Source of the DNA: an uncultured Candidatus Rokubacteria bacterium
Lineage (GTDB): Bacteria; Methylomirabilota; Methylomirabilia; Rokubacteriales; CSP1-6
Direction: 5' to 3'
Assembly (NCBI GenBank): GCA_963754315.1
Contig: CAVWFS010000016.1
Coordinates: forward strand, 128,001 to 192,000
DNA length: 64,000 nucleotides
Part shown: positions 1-8,661 of the stretch, piece by piece
Numbering within the stretch: the stretch's first letter is position 1
How the letters are laid out: every line of letters starts with the position of its first letter
Notes under the pieces: generated by a model
The model's input: the letters and a program-made list of their open reading frames with translations, nothing else
Databases searched by the model: none
What the model was told of the DNA's origin: nothing
Translations under genes and position numbers: made by a program

Positions 1-48
1 TAGCGGAAAGTGGCCCGGCCGGAACATGAGGCCGAAGCTGACCATGCC

Positions 49-1410
49 CTATCCTCGGCGCAGGTAGCGTCCGCGCGGACGCTCGGCGACGATTTCCCCC
101 TTTTCGTAGACGACCTGGCCGCCGGCGACGGTCGTCTCCGCCCAACCCCGTGCCGCCCAGCCCACGTACGGGCTGAAGTCGACGATCGAATTGAGCGTGC
201 GGAGGTCGACCGTCACCTCGCGGTCGAGATCGACGATCACCAGGTCGGCGTCCGACCCGGGCTCGAGGGTCCCCTTTCGGGGATACAGCCCGAACAGACG
301 GGCCGCGTTGGACGACGTCAACTCGACCACCTGCTCGATGGTGAGGCGGCCCCGGCGCACGCCCTCTGTGAGTAGCACGGGCAGGATCATCGCGCTGCCA
401 CCGGTGATGCCGGCCCGGGCTGACCAGAGGTCGTCGCCCTTGACGGCACGCGTGAACGGGCAATGATCGGAGCCGAGGACGTCGACCGTGCCGTCGACGA
501 GTCGCTCCCAGAGCGCCTCGATGTGCTCGGCACTCCGCAACGGGGGATTGACCTTGCCGGCCACGCCACGATCGGTGTCCTTGTCGAAGAGCAGGTAGTG
601 CGGGCAGGTTTCGGTGGCCACCCGGCCGCGGCCCCACTGCTTCTGCCGAAGGAACTCAGAGCCGAGGCCCACGCCCATGTGGGGAATGAGCAGCTGGACG
701 CCGGCGGCCTCGGCGAAGGCCACCATGCGACGAATCGCCTCCAGCTCAGCGAAGACGGGACGCGCGTCCGACCATGCCGCCGTGTCCTGCCGGTTGGCGG
801 AGCGGAACGGCTTCTGATGCAGCTCGATCAGCTCCATGTTCTCGCAGTGGACGATGGCGATGCCCCCGGGGACCTTCGCCACCTGCTGGAAGACGGCGAA
901 GATCTGGTCGTCGCCCATGCCCTGGATGCCGCTCGGCGAGATCTCGCGTCCCTTGTAGGCCATGAAGGTCTTGAAGGAGCCGACCCCGAACTCGTGAGCC
1001 ACTCGGGGGATCTCCTCGATCTGGGCTTCGCGGATGATGATGGCGTGAAAGACCATGTCCACCAGGCTTCGCGTGTCGACCGCCTTCTGCATCTCGGGCA
1101 GGGCCTCGGCGTAAGCGCCCCGGGTGATCACGAAGGGCAGCAAGGTCGTCACGCCACCCGCGACGGCGTGACGGCTCTCACTGGTGCAGTCCTCGGCAAA
1201 GGACTGGGCGGAGGTGCCGAGGTGCAGATGGGTGTCGAGGAGCCCAGGTAGGACGTAGCGGCCCCCCGCGTCGATGGTGCGCCGTGCCTCCACAGTTTCC
1301 CGGGGCCCTATCACCGCCGCGATGGTTCTCCCTTGGATGGCCAGCCCGCCCTCGACGAGGCCGCCAGGCTTGACTATGCGCGCTCCCTTGACGAACAGGT
1401 CGGCGGTCAC
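49..1410 (-). CDS. Dihydropyrimidinase/hydantoinase-family cyclic amidohydrolase
   Basis: Metal-site motifs DTHLH, SFKTFMAYK, HCEN, ETCPHYL, KVNPPLR and GSDHCPF; likely GTG start at 1410 (the ORF-track extension overlaps the upstream gene). Confidence 0.9.
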   Translation of the reverse strand: MTADLFVKGARIVKPGGLVEGGLAIQGRTIAAVIGPRETVEARRTIDAGGRYVLPGLLDTHLHLGTSAQSFAEDCTSESRHAVAGGVTTLLPFVITRGAYAEALPEMQKAVDTRSLVDMVFHAIIIREAQIEEIPRVAHEFGVGSFKTFMAYKGREISPSGIQGMGDDQIFAVFQQVAKVPGGIAIVHCENMELIELHQKPFRSANRQDTAAWSDARPVFAELEAIRRMVAFAEAAGVQLLIPHMGVGLGSEFLRQKQWGRGRVATETCPHYLLFDKDTDRGVAGKVNPPLRSAEHIEALWERLVDGTVDVLGSDHCPFTRAVKGDDLWSARAGITGGSAMILPVLLTEGVRRGRLTIEQVVELTSSNAARLFGLYPRKGTLEPGSDADLVIVDLDREVTVDLRTLNSIVDFSPYVGWAARGWAETTVAGGQVVYEKGEIVAERPRGRYLRRG

Positions 1411-1412
1411 GG

Positions 1413-2276
1413 TCAGACCGTGCTCGTCAGGATCTCGCCATAGGCGTCCGGCCGTCGGAACTTGAAGAAACCCCAGAGCTCGCGAACGTCGTCGCATACC
1501 TTGGGGTCGATCTCGGCGTAGAGGATCTCGTCCTCCTTGTCCCCCGCCCGCGCCATCACCGCTCCTTTGGGATCGATGAGCAGCGCACTGCCGAAGTAGT
1601 GGCGGTCCGGAGGACCACCGACATCCCGGCCTACCTTGTTGACCCCGCCCACGTAGAACATGTTGGCGATGGCATGGCCGCGCAGCTCGATTTCCCACAC
1701 ATCACGGATCCATTCGCGATACGTCGCGGTGGGCACGAGCAGCAGGTGTGCTCCCTGCAGTCCGAGGATGCGCGCGGCTTCTGGAAAGTGGCGGTCGTAG
1801 CAGATGAGGATGGCGATCCGCACCCCGAACGGTGTGTCGAAGACGGGGAAGCCGAGGTTTCCCGGCGTGAAGAAGAAGCGCTCGTCGGCGGGAGTCTCGC
1901 CTGCCTTCACCGTGCGAAGTATTTGGGGCACAGACATCTTGCGGTAGCGGCCGAGCAGGCTACCGTCAGGGCCGAGCACGGTGGCCGTGTTGTAGAGGGT
2001 GCCATGGTCGTTCTCGTAGAGCGGGTAGACGATGACCGTGCCGGTCTCGCGAGCGACCTTGGCGAGGCGGTCGACGGCCGGCCCCGGGATCGGCTCGGCC
2101 TGCGCGAACCACTTCGGATCTCGGCCGAAGCAGAAATAGATGGTCGTGCAGAGCTCTGGAAAGCAGATGATCCGGGCGCCGTTACCTGCCGCCTGCCGAG
2201 CCAGGTTCTCGGCCTTCTGGATGTTGATGTCCTTTGACTCGTGACCGCTGAACTGGGCGAGGGCCACCCGCACCAT
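1413..2276 (-). CDS. Nitrilase/carbon-nitrogen hydrolase (beta-ureidopropionase / N-carbamoylase-like)
   Basis: Glu-Lys-Cys triad contexts FPELC, YRKMSVP and ICYDRHFPE; RBS GAGGAGG before ATG 2276. Confidence 0.9.
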   Translation of the reverse strand: MVRVALAQFSGHESKDINIQKAENLARQAAGNGARIICFPELCTTIYFCFGRDPKWFAQAEPIPGPAVDRLAKVARETGTVIVYPLYENDHGTLYNTATVLGPDGSLLGRYRKMSVPQILRTVKAGETPADERFFFTPGNLGFPVFDTPFGVRIAILICYDRHFPEAARILGLQGAHLLLVPTATYREWIRDVWEIELRGHAIANMFYVGGVNKVGRDVGGPPDRHYFGSALLIDPKGAVMARAGDKEDEILYAEIDPKVCDDVRELWGFFKFRRPDAYGEILTSTV

Positions 2277-2378
2277 TGAAGACCTCCTCTTCGAATGCCG
2301 CGATTTAAGCACCGCTGCCGAAGGTCCCGCAAGCCGCGCCGGGCGAGTCAGCGGGGGCGGTGGATGTCAAGAACCAAG

Positions 2379-3551
2379 CTAGGAATGCATACGGTCGTCG
2401 ACGGGGTGGCGAAGGGCGAACAACGAGGCTGCCTCGCGACTACCGGGAAGATCGGCCCGGCCGTTGAGCACCAGCTCGGCGAGAATGCGGCCGGTCAGCG
2501 GCGCGAACTTGAAGCCGTGTCCCGAGCACGCCGAGGCGAACACGACTCGGGAATCACCCGGCCACTGATCGATGACGAAATCTTCGGTCGAGGTCATGGT
2601 GTAGAGGCACGACTCGACGCCAAGTAGCTCCTGAACGGCTACGGTCAGGATCCGTTCGAGCACCAGCCGCAAGGCCTCGCCCTTGCTCGCATCAGGCGTG
2701 CTCATCGTATCCGGCTCGGAATGAGGCCCGTTCGTCACGTGATGGCCGGCTTTCAATGCATCGCGGCCGACCTCGGGGACGCCGTAGGTGATGCCGCTCT
2801 GGGCGTCGCCGAAGTAGATCCAGGCGGGCACGGAACGAGCACGCACGCCGAGGCGGAAGTACGCGACGGTCTGGGGCACGACCCGAACGTGAGGGCCAGC
2901 ACTAGGTACGAGCTCGCCGATCCAGGCGCCGGTCGTGATCACCACGCGCTCGGCGTGAAGAACGCCGCGTTCGGAGACGACACGGATCGGACTGGCGGTC
3001 CGATCGATGTCCGTGACGCGAGTCTCCTCCAACACATCTGCCCCCCGGCTTGCCACGAGCCGATGCAGAGCCCGGACTGTTTCGGCGGCCGCAATGATGC
3101 CACCCGTCCGGTCGTGGAGGATCTCGGTATCGTCGGTGATCCGCAGGGCAGGAAATCGCCGGCGCGCCTCCTCAGGGACGAGGGGCTCGACGTCGGCACC
3201 CGTAGCCCGAACGGCGGCCGCGTACGCGCCGAGCGTCGGTCTGTCGGGGCCAAAGAAAACGACATCACCCGGATGGACGAGCTTGGCACCGGTGGCCTGT
3301 TCAAGGCGCGGCCACTCCACGGTGTGGACGTGGCGCATCAGGGACGCATAGGCCGTGCTCGCGTACGTGCTCCGCGTCATCCGGCCACTTCCGTGAGAGC
3401 TTCCCCGGCCATGGCCGATGCGAAACCGCTCGACGATGGCCAGGGGACGACAGCCCAGCCTCAGCAAATGCCAGGCGGCGGCCAAGCCAACCACGCCGCC
3501 GCCTACCACCACCGCCCCGTATGTCCGGGCACGCCGGGCAGGGGAGACCAC
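2379..3551 (-). CDS. Monomeric sarcosine oxidase / N-methyltryptophan oxidase-like FAD oxidoreductase
   Basis: VVGGGVVG FAD motif, GSSHGSGRMTR, CLYT (covalent-FAD Cys context), SACSGHGFKFAP; start approximate. Confidence 0.85.
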   Translation of the reverse strand: MVSPARRARTYGAVVVGGGVVGLAAAWHLLRLGCRPLAIVERFRIGHGRGSSHGSGRMTRSTYASTAYASLMRHVHTVEWPRLEQATGAKLVHPGDVVFFGPDRPTLGAYAAAVRATGADVEPLVPEEARRRFPALRITDDTEILHDRTGGIIAAAETVRALHRLVASRGADVLEETRVTDIDRTASPIRVVSERGVLHAERVVITTGAWIGELVPSAGPHVRVVPQTVAYFRLGVRARSVPAWIYFGDAQSGITYGVPEVGRDALKAGHHVTNGPHSEPDTMSTPDASKGEALRLVLERILTVAVQELLGVESCLYTMTSTEDFVIDQWPGDSRVVFASACSGHGFKFAPLTGRILAELVLNGRADLPGSREAASLFALRHPVDDRMHS

Positions 3552-3589
3552 CGGTCGAATAGAGGGTCCGACCGGGGAGCCTGACGCGC

Positions 3590-3661
3590 TCAGGATTTCT
3601 TGACGACCTTGTCGTAGACGGCCACCGCGGCGACCTGTCGACGCGTCCAGAGTCTCTCCAT
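3590..3661 (-). pseudogene. 23-codon remnant MERLWTRRQVAAVAVYDKVVKKS; looks like a Tat-type gene head joined to a protein tail
   Basis: Strong RBS GGGGAGG before ATG 3661, TRRQV motif, Lys-rich end and TGA. Confidence 0.5.
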
Positions 3662-3782
3662 TGCGCCCTCCCCTCGTGTCGATCTGACACCTGACGGTCA
3701 AGTCAGCCGAGGCGACTATGGCGCGGCACCCGCAGTCTCGTCAAGGAGGGCTGCGGTCTTGAGCGTCGTTCTAGAATTGACC

Positions 3783-3941
3783 ATGTGTCAACGCATCCTT
3801 CTGCGTCGCCAGGGAGCGGTGTCGCTGGCCGTGGCGCTTCTGTTCGCGCTCGGTGGATGCGCTTCGATGGCTTCGGACTCGTCCGGGGCTCGCACACCGC
3901 CTCCACCGAACCTCGACCGCTCGGCATGCTGTCGCCCATGA
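3783..3941 (+). CDS. Small putative lipoprotein (52 aa)
   Basis: Basic N-terminus, hydrophobic stretch, lipobox LGGC; ends SACCRP. Confidence 0.5.
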   Translation: MCQRILLRRQGAVSLAVALLFALGGCASMASDSSGARTPPPPNLDRSACCRP

Positions 3942-3995
3942 GGGAGCGCGCGCGGGCGGAGATCTGATATGGTCGGGGGCACGGAGGGCATCTGA

Positions 3996-4661
3996 ATGGA
4001 GCAGGTCAAGTTCTACTTCGACCCGGCATGTCCGTGGTGCTACCAGACGGCGAAATGGGCCTGGCGTCTCGAGCAGCTCGGCGAGATCAAGCTCGACTGG
4101 GGCGTGTTCTCCCTCGAAGTGGTGAATCTGGCGGCGGGCAAGGATCCTCGCGAGCTCGACGCGCGATCAGGACCGGCCCTGCGGACCTCGCTGATCATCC
4201 GTGACCGCGAAGGCCCGAGCGCCGTCGGGGCGTTCTACTCGACTCTTGGCAAGCGAATCTGGGAGCAGCCGCCGCCTCCGGACGATATGGTGCTGGCCGT
4301 CCGCGAGTCGCTGCAGGGCGCGGGACTGTCCCCCACGCTTGTCGACAAGGCGGTGGCCGATCCGGCTACGTGGGACGCCGTGCTTCAGGAACATCGGGCC
4401 CTCGTCGAGCAGACTCGCAGCTTCGGCGTGCCCACCATCATGCTAGACGGCGGTAAAGGGCCCGCCATCTTCGGCCCGGTGATCAGCGAGCTGCCGAGCG
4501 ACGAGGACGCCGTCGCGCTGTGGCGGCACACTGCCTGGCTGGTGCGGTATGGAAACTTCGCTGAGCTGAAGCGTAGTCGTCTCGGGCGCCCGGACCTGCC
4601 CACCATCAAGTGGAGACAGGAGCAGCAGGCGAGCCCTCCGCCAACCGCCGCCCGGTCCTGA
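3996..4661 (+). CDS. DsbA-family thioredoxin-fold protein (Rv2466c-like)
   Basis: FYFDPACPWC motif, FGVPT cis-Pro loop, FGPVIS, ELKRSR. Confidence 0.85.
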   Translation: MEQVKFYFDPACPWCYQTAKWAWRLEQLGEIKLDWGVFSLEVVNLAAGKDPRELDARSGPALRTSLIIRDREGPSAVGAFYSTLGKRIWEQPPPPDDMVLAVRESLQGAGLSPTLVDKAVADPATWDAVLQEHRALVEQTRSFGVPTIMLDGGKGPAIFGPVISELPSDEDAVALWRHTAWLVRYGNFAELKRSRLGRPDLPTIKWRQEQQASPPPTAARS

Positions 4662-4733
4662 TCGAGCGCAGTACTTCAGCGGTTTGCGCGGCTCGCTTCT
4701 CCGGAGCGGGCCGCGCGTTTCAGGAGGACAACC

Positions 4734-5198
4734 ATGGGTGTCAGCGGAATCCTGCACACCGGGCTCACCGTCAGCGATCTGGACCGCTCACTCACGTTTT
4801 ACCGTGATCTGCTCGGACTCGAGCTGATCGCCCAGTGGGACAGCAGCCAACCGTACCTGCGCACCATCGTCGCGTATCCGGATGCCGAGCTGCGCATCGC
4901 GCTACTGCGTCTGCCCGGGCCCGAGGGGGCTCCGGGCCACCACATTGAGTTGCTCGAGTATCGCCGACCGCGCGGAACCCGGACCGACGCCAACACCTAC
5001 AATCCGGGCAACGGCCATGTCGCGTTCGCAGTCGACGATCTCGACCGTACGTACGCCGAGCTCCGCGCCAAGGGCGTGCGCTTCAAGTCGGCGCCGGTGG
5101 ACATCACCCACGGGCGCAACGCCGGAGGCCGTGCGGTCTATCTCTTCGACCCCGACGACATCACGCTGGAGATGATTCAGTCGGCCCGCCGGGCTTGA
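4734..5198 (+). CDS. VOC/glyoxalase family protein
   Basis: HTGLTVSDLDRSLTFYRDLLG, GHVAFAVDDLD, YLFDPDDITLE; RBS AGGAGG. Confidence 0.9.
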   Translation: MGVSGILHTGLTVSDLDRSLTFYRDLLGLELIAQWDSSQPYLRTIVAYPDAELRIALLRLPGPEGAPGHHIELLEYRRPRGTRTDANTYNPGNGHVAFAVDDLDRTYAELRAKGVRFKSAPVDITHGRNAGGRAVYLFDPDDITLEMIQSARRA

Positions 5199-5277
5199 CG
5201 AGTCTGGAGCTCGCCGTGGCTGTCGGACAATCGAGGAGCGTCCCGGGTCACCCCGGGGCGCTCCGAGCGTGGGGGGC

Positions 5278-5303
5278 ATGGGGGGTGAAGTTGGACCCCC
5301 CAT
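5278..5303. repeat. REP-like hairpin between convergent genes
   Basis: ATGGGGGGT-gaagttgg-ACCCCCCAT, a perfect 9-bp inverted repeat. Confidence 0.6.
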
Positions 5304-5314
5304 ATCACTAGGGG

Positions 5315-6082
5315 TCAGGCGCCCTGGAGGGCTTCGTGGACGGCCAGGGTGAGGGCGCCGAAGGCGGCAGTGGCGCGAGAGGGAACGGTACGCGGTCGCG
5401 CCAGGGACACGTCGAAGACGCGGGCAAGCCGCCCCGGGCGAGGAGTCATCACCACCACCCGGTCGGCGAGGAACACCGCCTCGGGGATCGAATGCGTGAC
5501 GAACACGATGGTCTTGCGATCGCGATTGCCCTCGCCCCACACGCGTAGCAACTCCAGGTTCATCTCGTCGCGGGTCATGGCGTCCAGCGCCCCGAACGGC
5601 TCGTCCATCAGCAACAGCGGCGGGTCGAGCAGGAGCGCGCGACAGAGGGAGGCACGTTGCTGCATGCCCCCCGACAGCTCGCGCGGGAGCTTTTGCGCGA
5701 ACTCGGCGAGGCCAACGAGCCGCAGCAACTCACCGGTACGGGCCCGGTACGCGCCCGGGTCGAGCCCGGACAGCTCGGCGGGCAGCAGCACGTTGGCCTC
5801 GATGCTCCGCCACTTGAGCAGCACCGGCGCCTGGAAGACCATTCCCACCGAGGGAATCGGCCGTGCTACCGGGCGACCGTCAACCTCCACGCGTCCGTGG
5901 GTGGCCAGGCGCAGGCCGGCGATGATGCGCAGGAGGGTGGACTTGCCACAGCCCGAGGGCCCCACGATGGCCACCAGCTCACCGCGGTCCACCGTGAGGT
6001 CGATGTCCCGCAGCGCCTCGACCGCGCCGGACGCCGTCGGGTACGTCATCCCGACGCGGTCGAGGCGGATGAACTCGGTCAC
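5315..6082 (-). CDS. NitT/TauT-family ABC transporter ATP-binding protein
   Basis: Walker A GPSGCGKST, signature LSGGMQQR, LLMDEPFGALD; GTG start at 6082. Confidence 0.93.
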   Translation of the reverse strand: MTEFIRLDRVGMTYPTASGAVEALRDIDLTVDRGELVAIVGPSGCGKSTLLRIIAGLRLATHGRVEVDGRPVARPIPSVGMVFQAPVLLKWRSIEANVLLPAELSGLDPGAYRARTGELLRLVGLAEFAQKLPRELSGGMQQRASLCRALLLDPPLLLMDEPFGALDAMTRDEMNLELLRVWGEGNRDRKTIVFVTHSIPEAVFLADRVVVMTPRPGRLARVFDVSLARPRTVPSRATAAFGALTLAVHEALQGA

Positions 6083-6090
6083 TCGGTGGG

Positions 6091-7107
6091 TCAGCGCATG
6101 GAGCGGGGCGGCTCCACCTTGGTCAAGAACTCGTTGGTGTAGACCGCCTTGCAGTCGACCTTGGTCGGCACGCCCATGTACGTGTTGACCAGGTCCACCG
6201 AGGTGCACATCTTCTGGTCTTCCATCCAGCCGATGCCGTTCTTCGCGTAGCGATCGGTCTTCATCAGCTCGAGGCCCATCATCATGTTGGGTTCGATGAT
6301 GGCGAGATCGATCTCGGGCACCCGCTTCTTGAAGATCTCGAGGGCCGACTTGGGGTCACTCATCACGTCACGCCAGCCCAAGTAGGAGGCCTCCAGGAAC
6401 GCCCGCAGCATGGGCGCGCGCTCCTTCATGGTCTTCTCGCTGGCGATGATCGACATGCTGTACATATCGAATCCGTGATCGGCCCAGGGCAGCATGATCG
6501 CGTTGCCCTTGCCCATCGCCTTCTCGTAGAAGGGCAGCCCGGTCGTGTAGTCGGCCACCGCGTCGACCCGCTTCTCGGCCAGGGCCGGTACCTTGGCCGC
6601 CGGCTCCACGTTTACCCACGTCACCTTGTTGGGGTCGATGCCGTGCAGGCGTGCGAAGGCGGGGAACATCTGGCGTTGTCCGTCCCCGGGCGGCGCCGCC
6701 ACGCTCTTGCCCTCGAGGTCCTTGGGCTTGGTGATGGGGGCCTCCTTACGGCTCCACACGTTGAGCGGGGACTTGTCGAAGACCATGCCGACCACCTTCA
6801 CCTTGGCTCCGCGGGCGACCGCCGCGATGACCACCGCGCTGTCGGCCAGACCGATGTCCGCGCGTCCGGTGTCCACCTTGGCGATGGAGTCGCCCGAGCC
6901 CTTGGAGTTCTGCATGTCCACGTCAAGGCCGCGCTGACGGTAGTAGCCCTTCTCGAGCGCCACCCAGTAGGCGGCATGGTCACCGACCGGGAACCAGTTC
7001 AGCGCAAAGACGACCTTCTGGGGTTGCTGGGCCGACGGGGTGTCGACGCCGAGCCCCACCACCAGGACCAGGCCAACGAGCACAAGCGCAATTCCGAACC
7101 GTCGCAT
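6091..7107 (-). CDS. NitT/TauT (NMT1/THI5-like) ABC substrate-binding protein
   Basis: Signal peptide; LNWFPVGDHAAYWVALEKGYY; PKDLEGK. Confidence 0.9.
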   Translation of the reverse strand: MRRFGIALVLVGLVLVVGLGVDTPSAQQPQKVVFALNWFPVGDHAAYWVALEKGYYRQRGLDVDMQNSKGSGDSIAKVDTGRADIGLADSAVVIAAVARGAKVKVVGMVFDKSPLNVWSRKEAPITKPKDLEGKSVAAPPGDGQRQMFPAFARLHGIDPNKVTWVNVEPAAKVPALAEKRVDAVADYTTGLPFYEKAMGKGNAIMLPWADHGFDMYSMSIIASEKTMKERAPMLRAFLEASYLGWRDVMSDPKSALEIFKKRVPEIDLAIIEPNMMMGLELMKTDRYAKNGIGWMEDQKMCTSVDLVNTYMGVPTKVDCKAVYTNEFLTKVEPPRSMR

Positions 7108-7158
7108 GACGTATTCTCCTTCCGAGCCGGGCTAGCCCGGCAAACGTTGCTCTCTTGA

Positions 7159-7925
7159 CTACTGGGCGGATTCCGCCCACGGCGCGATGCGCCGCGCCGC
7201 GAGCACGACCAGACCGTACACCGCGAGGCCGACCGCCGAGATCCAGACCAGCGCCGCGAAGGCGACCGGGGTGTTCATGCTGCCCTGGGTGGTGACGATC
7301 ACGTAGCCGAGGCCCTGCTGGGAGGCGACGAACTCACCCACGATGGCGCCCACCACCGCCGCCGTCGCGGTGACCTTCAGGGCGCTCAGGATGTAGGGAT
7401 AGGCGTTGGGAATCCGGATCTTGGCGAACACCTTCCACTTGGGAGCATTGAAGACCCGCCCCAGATCCAGCAGCTCCTCGTCAACCTGGGTCAGCCCACC
7501 GCGGTATTGATGACCACCGGGAAGAAGCCGATCAGGGCACCGATCAGAACGTTGGGCAGCACGCCATAGCCCATCCAGAGGAGGAAGAGCGGGGCCACCG
7601 CCACCTTCGGGAGTGTGTTGACGAACACCAGGAAGGGCAGCAGCGCTCGCGCGAGCAGCGCCGACCACGCCACCGCCACCCCCAGCGCCACCCCGGCGGC
7701 CCCGGCCACGGCGAAGGCCCCCACGATCTCCAGTGTCGTGATCCCGAGGTGCCGCATCCAGGGGATCTCGTCGCTCACCATGGCACGGGCTACCGTCAGG
7801 GGCGCGGGCAGCAGGTACTCGCGCAGGCCAAAGCTGGTCACGGCGAGCTGCCAGGCCGCCACCAGCGCCACGAAGAGCAGCACCGAGGGCAGGTATCGGG
7901 AGAGCGCGCGTCCCCTGCTGGTCAT
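7159..7925 (-). CDS. NitT/TauT ABC permease (single frameshift near 7491)
   Basis: LPKVAVAPL...FFPVVINTAVG in one frame continues as LTQVDEELLDLGRVF...KIRIPNAYP in another; one G missing from a G run. Confidence 0.85.
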
Positions 7926-8227
7926 CGGAGAGCAGCGCCATAGTACTCGACGCGACGCTCTTCGGGGTGGCCAATATCCCAGCCGGGTCGGCCCGAGTCG
8001 ACAGCCGGGGAGAGACTGGAGTGCGCTGACGTCGTCGTGACGACGCTGACCAGAGTGCGCATCGAACGAGTGCTCAGCTGACGCTGACAGACATCCGGAA
8101 GGCGCGCGAGATCGCTTCACCATGACCTGATGCAGACGACGCTCGCGCGCCGACATGCCACCGCGCGATTGCCACCGCTGCCGCGTGTCTCGTCGACACA
8201 AGGTCCACCGACACTGGTCGACGGACG

Positions 8228-8324
8228 GGAAATTATTTCCGGATCGTTGCCACTGCGGTCAGCGCCGCTCGTCAGTCCGAGGTCATCATCGCCAGCGGCC
8301 ATCTGTGAGTGGGAAATTATTTCG
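8228..8324. promoter_or_regulatory. Pair of AT-rich palindromic sites (candidate activator binding sites)
   Basis: GGAAATTATTTCC at 8228-8240 and GGAAATTATTTCG at 8312-8324, 84 bp apart. Confidence 0.55.
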
Positions 8325-8458
8325 CGTCCGCACGTTGTCGTTGTGTCGGCGGGCCTCTGACACGTCGTACTCGTGGCTGACACGCAAGAAATCGGCTCAA
8401 GGGCAGTAGAGCGGACGCATCGCTGATCCTTCGAGAACTTGTCGCGCCCTCGAAACCG

Positions 8459-8474
8459 TGGCACACCCGTTGAA
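8459..8474 (+). promoter_or_regulatory. Candidate sigma54 -24/-12 promoter
   Basis: TGGCACACCCGTTGAA (GG-N10-GA variant of TGGCAC-N5-TTGCW). Confidence 0.45.
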
Positions 8475-8563
8475 CTCAACTTCACACTTGGTGATTGGCA
8501 ATCTGCGGCACGTCGTCCTCTCGCTCTTCGTCGCGCTGGCGCTGATGAGGAGACATGAGAGGA

Positions 8564-8594
8564 CGCGCTCTGATATGAGAGCGCGAAGTTTTTT
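8564..8594 (+). terminator. Terminator-like hairpin within the peroxidase leader
   Basis: CGCGCTCT-gatatg-AGAGCGCG followed by AAGTTTTTT. Confidence 0.45.
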
Positions 8595-8661
8595 CCGTCC
8601 GCGCCAATCAGTCCCAGTTCCGCTGAGCGCAGGGCCCTTTCACTGCAGAAAGGAGTACCCC

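Noticed and set aside
8228..8324. GGGAAATTATTTC repeats as a CRISPR array
   Set aside because: Only two 13-bp copies 84 bp apart and no cas genes; better explained as protein binding sites
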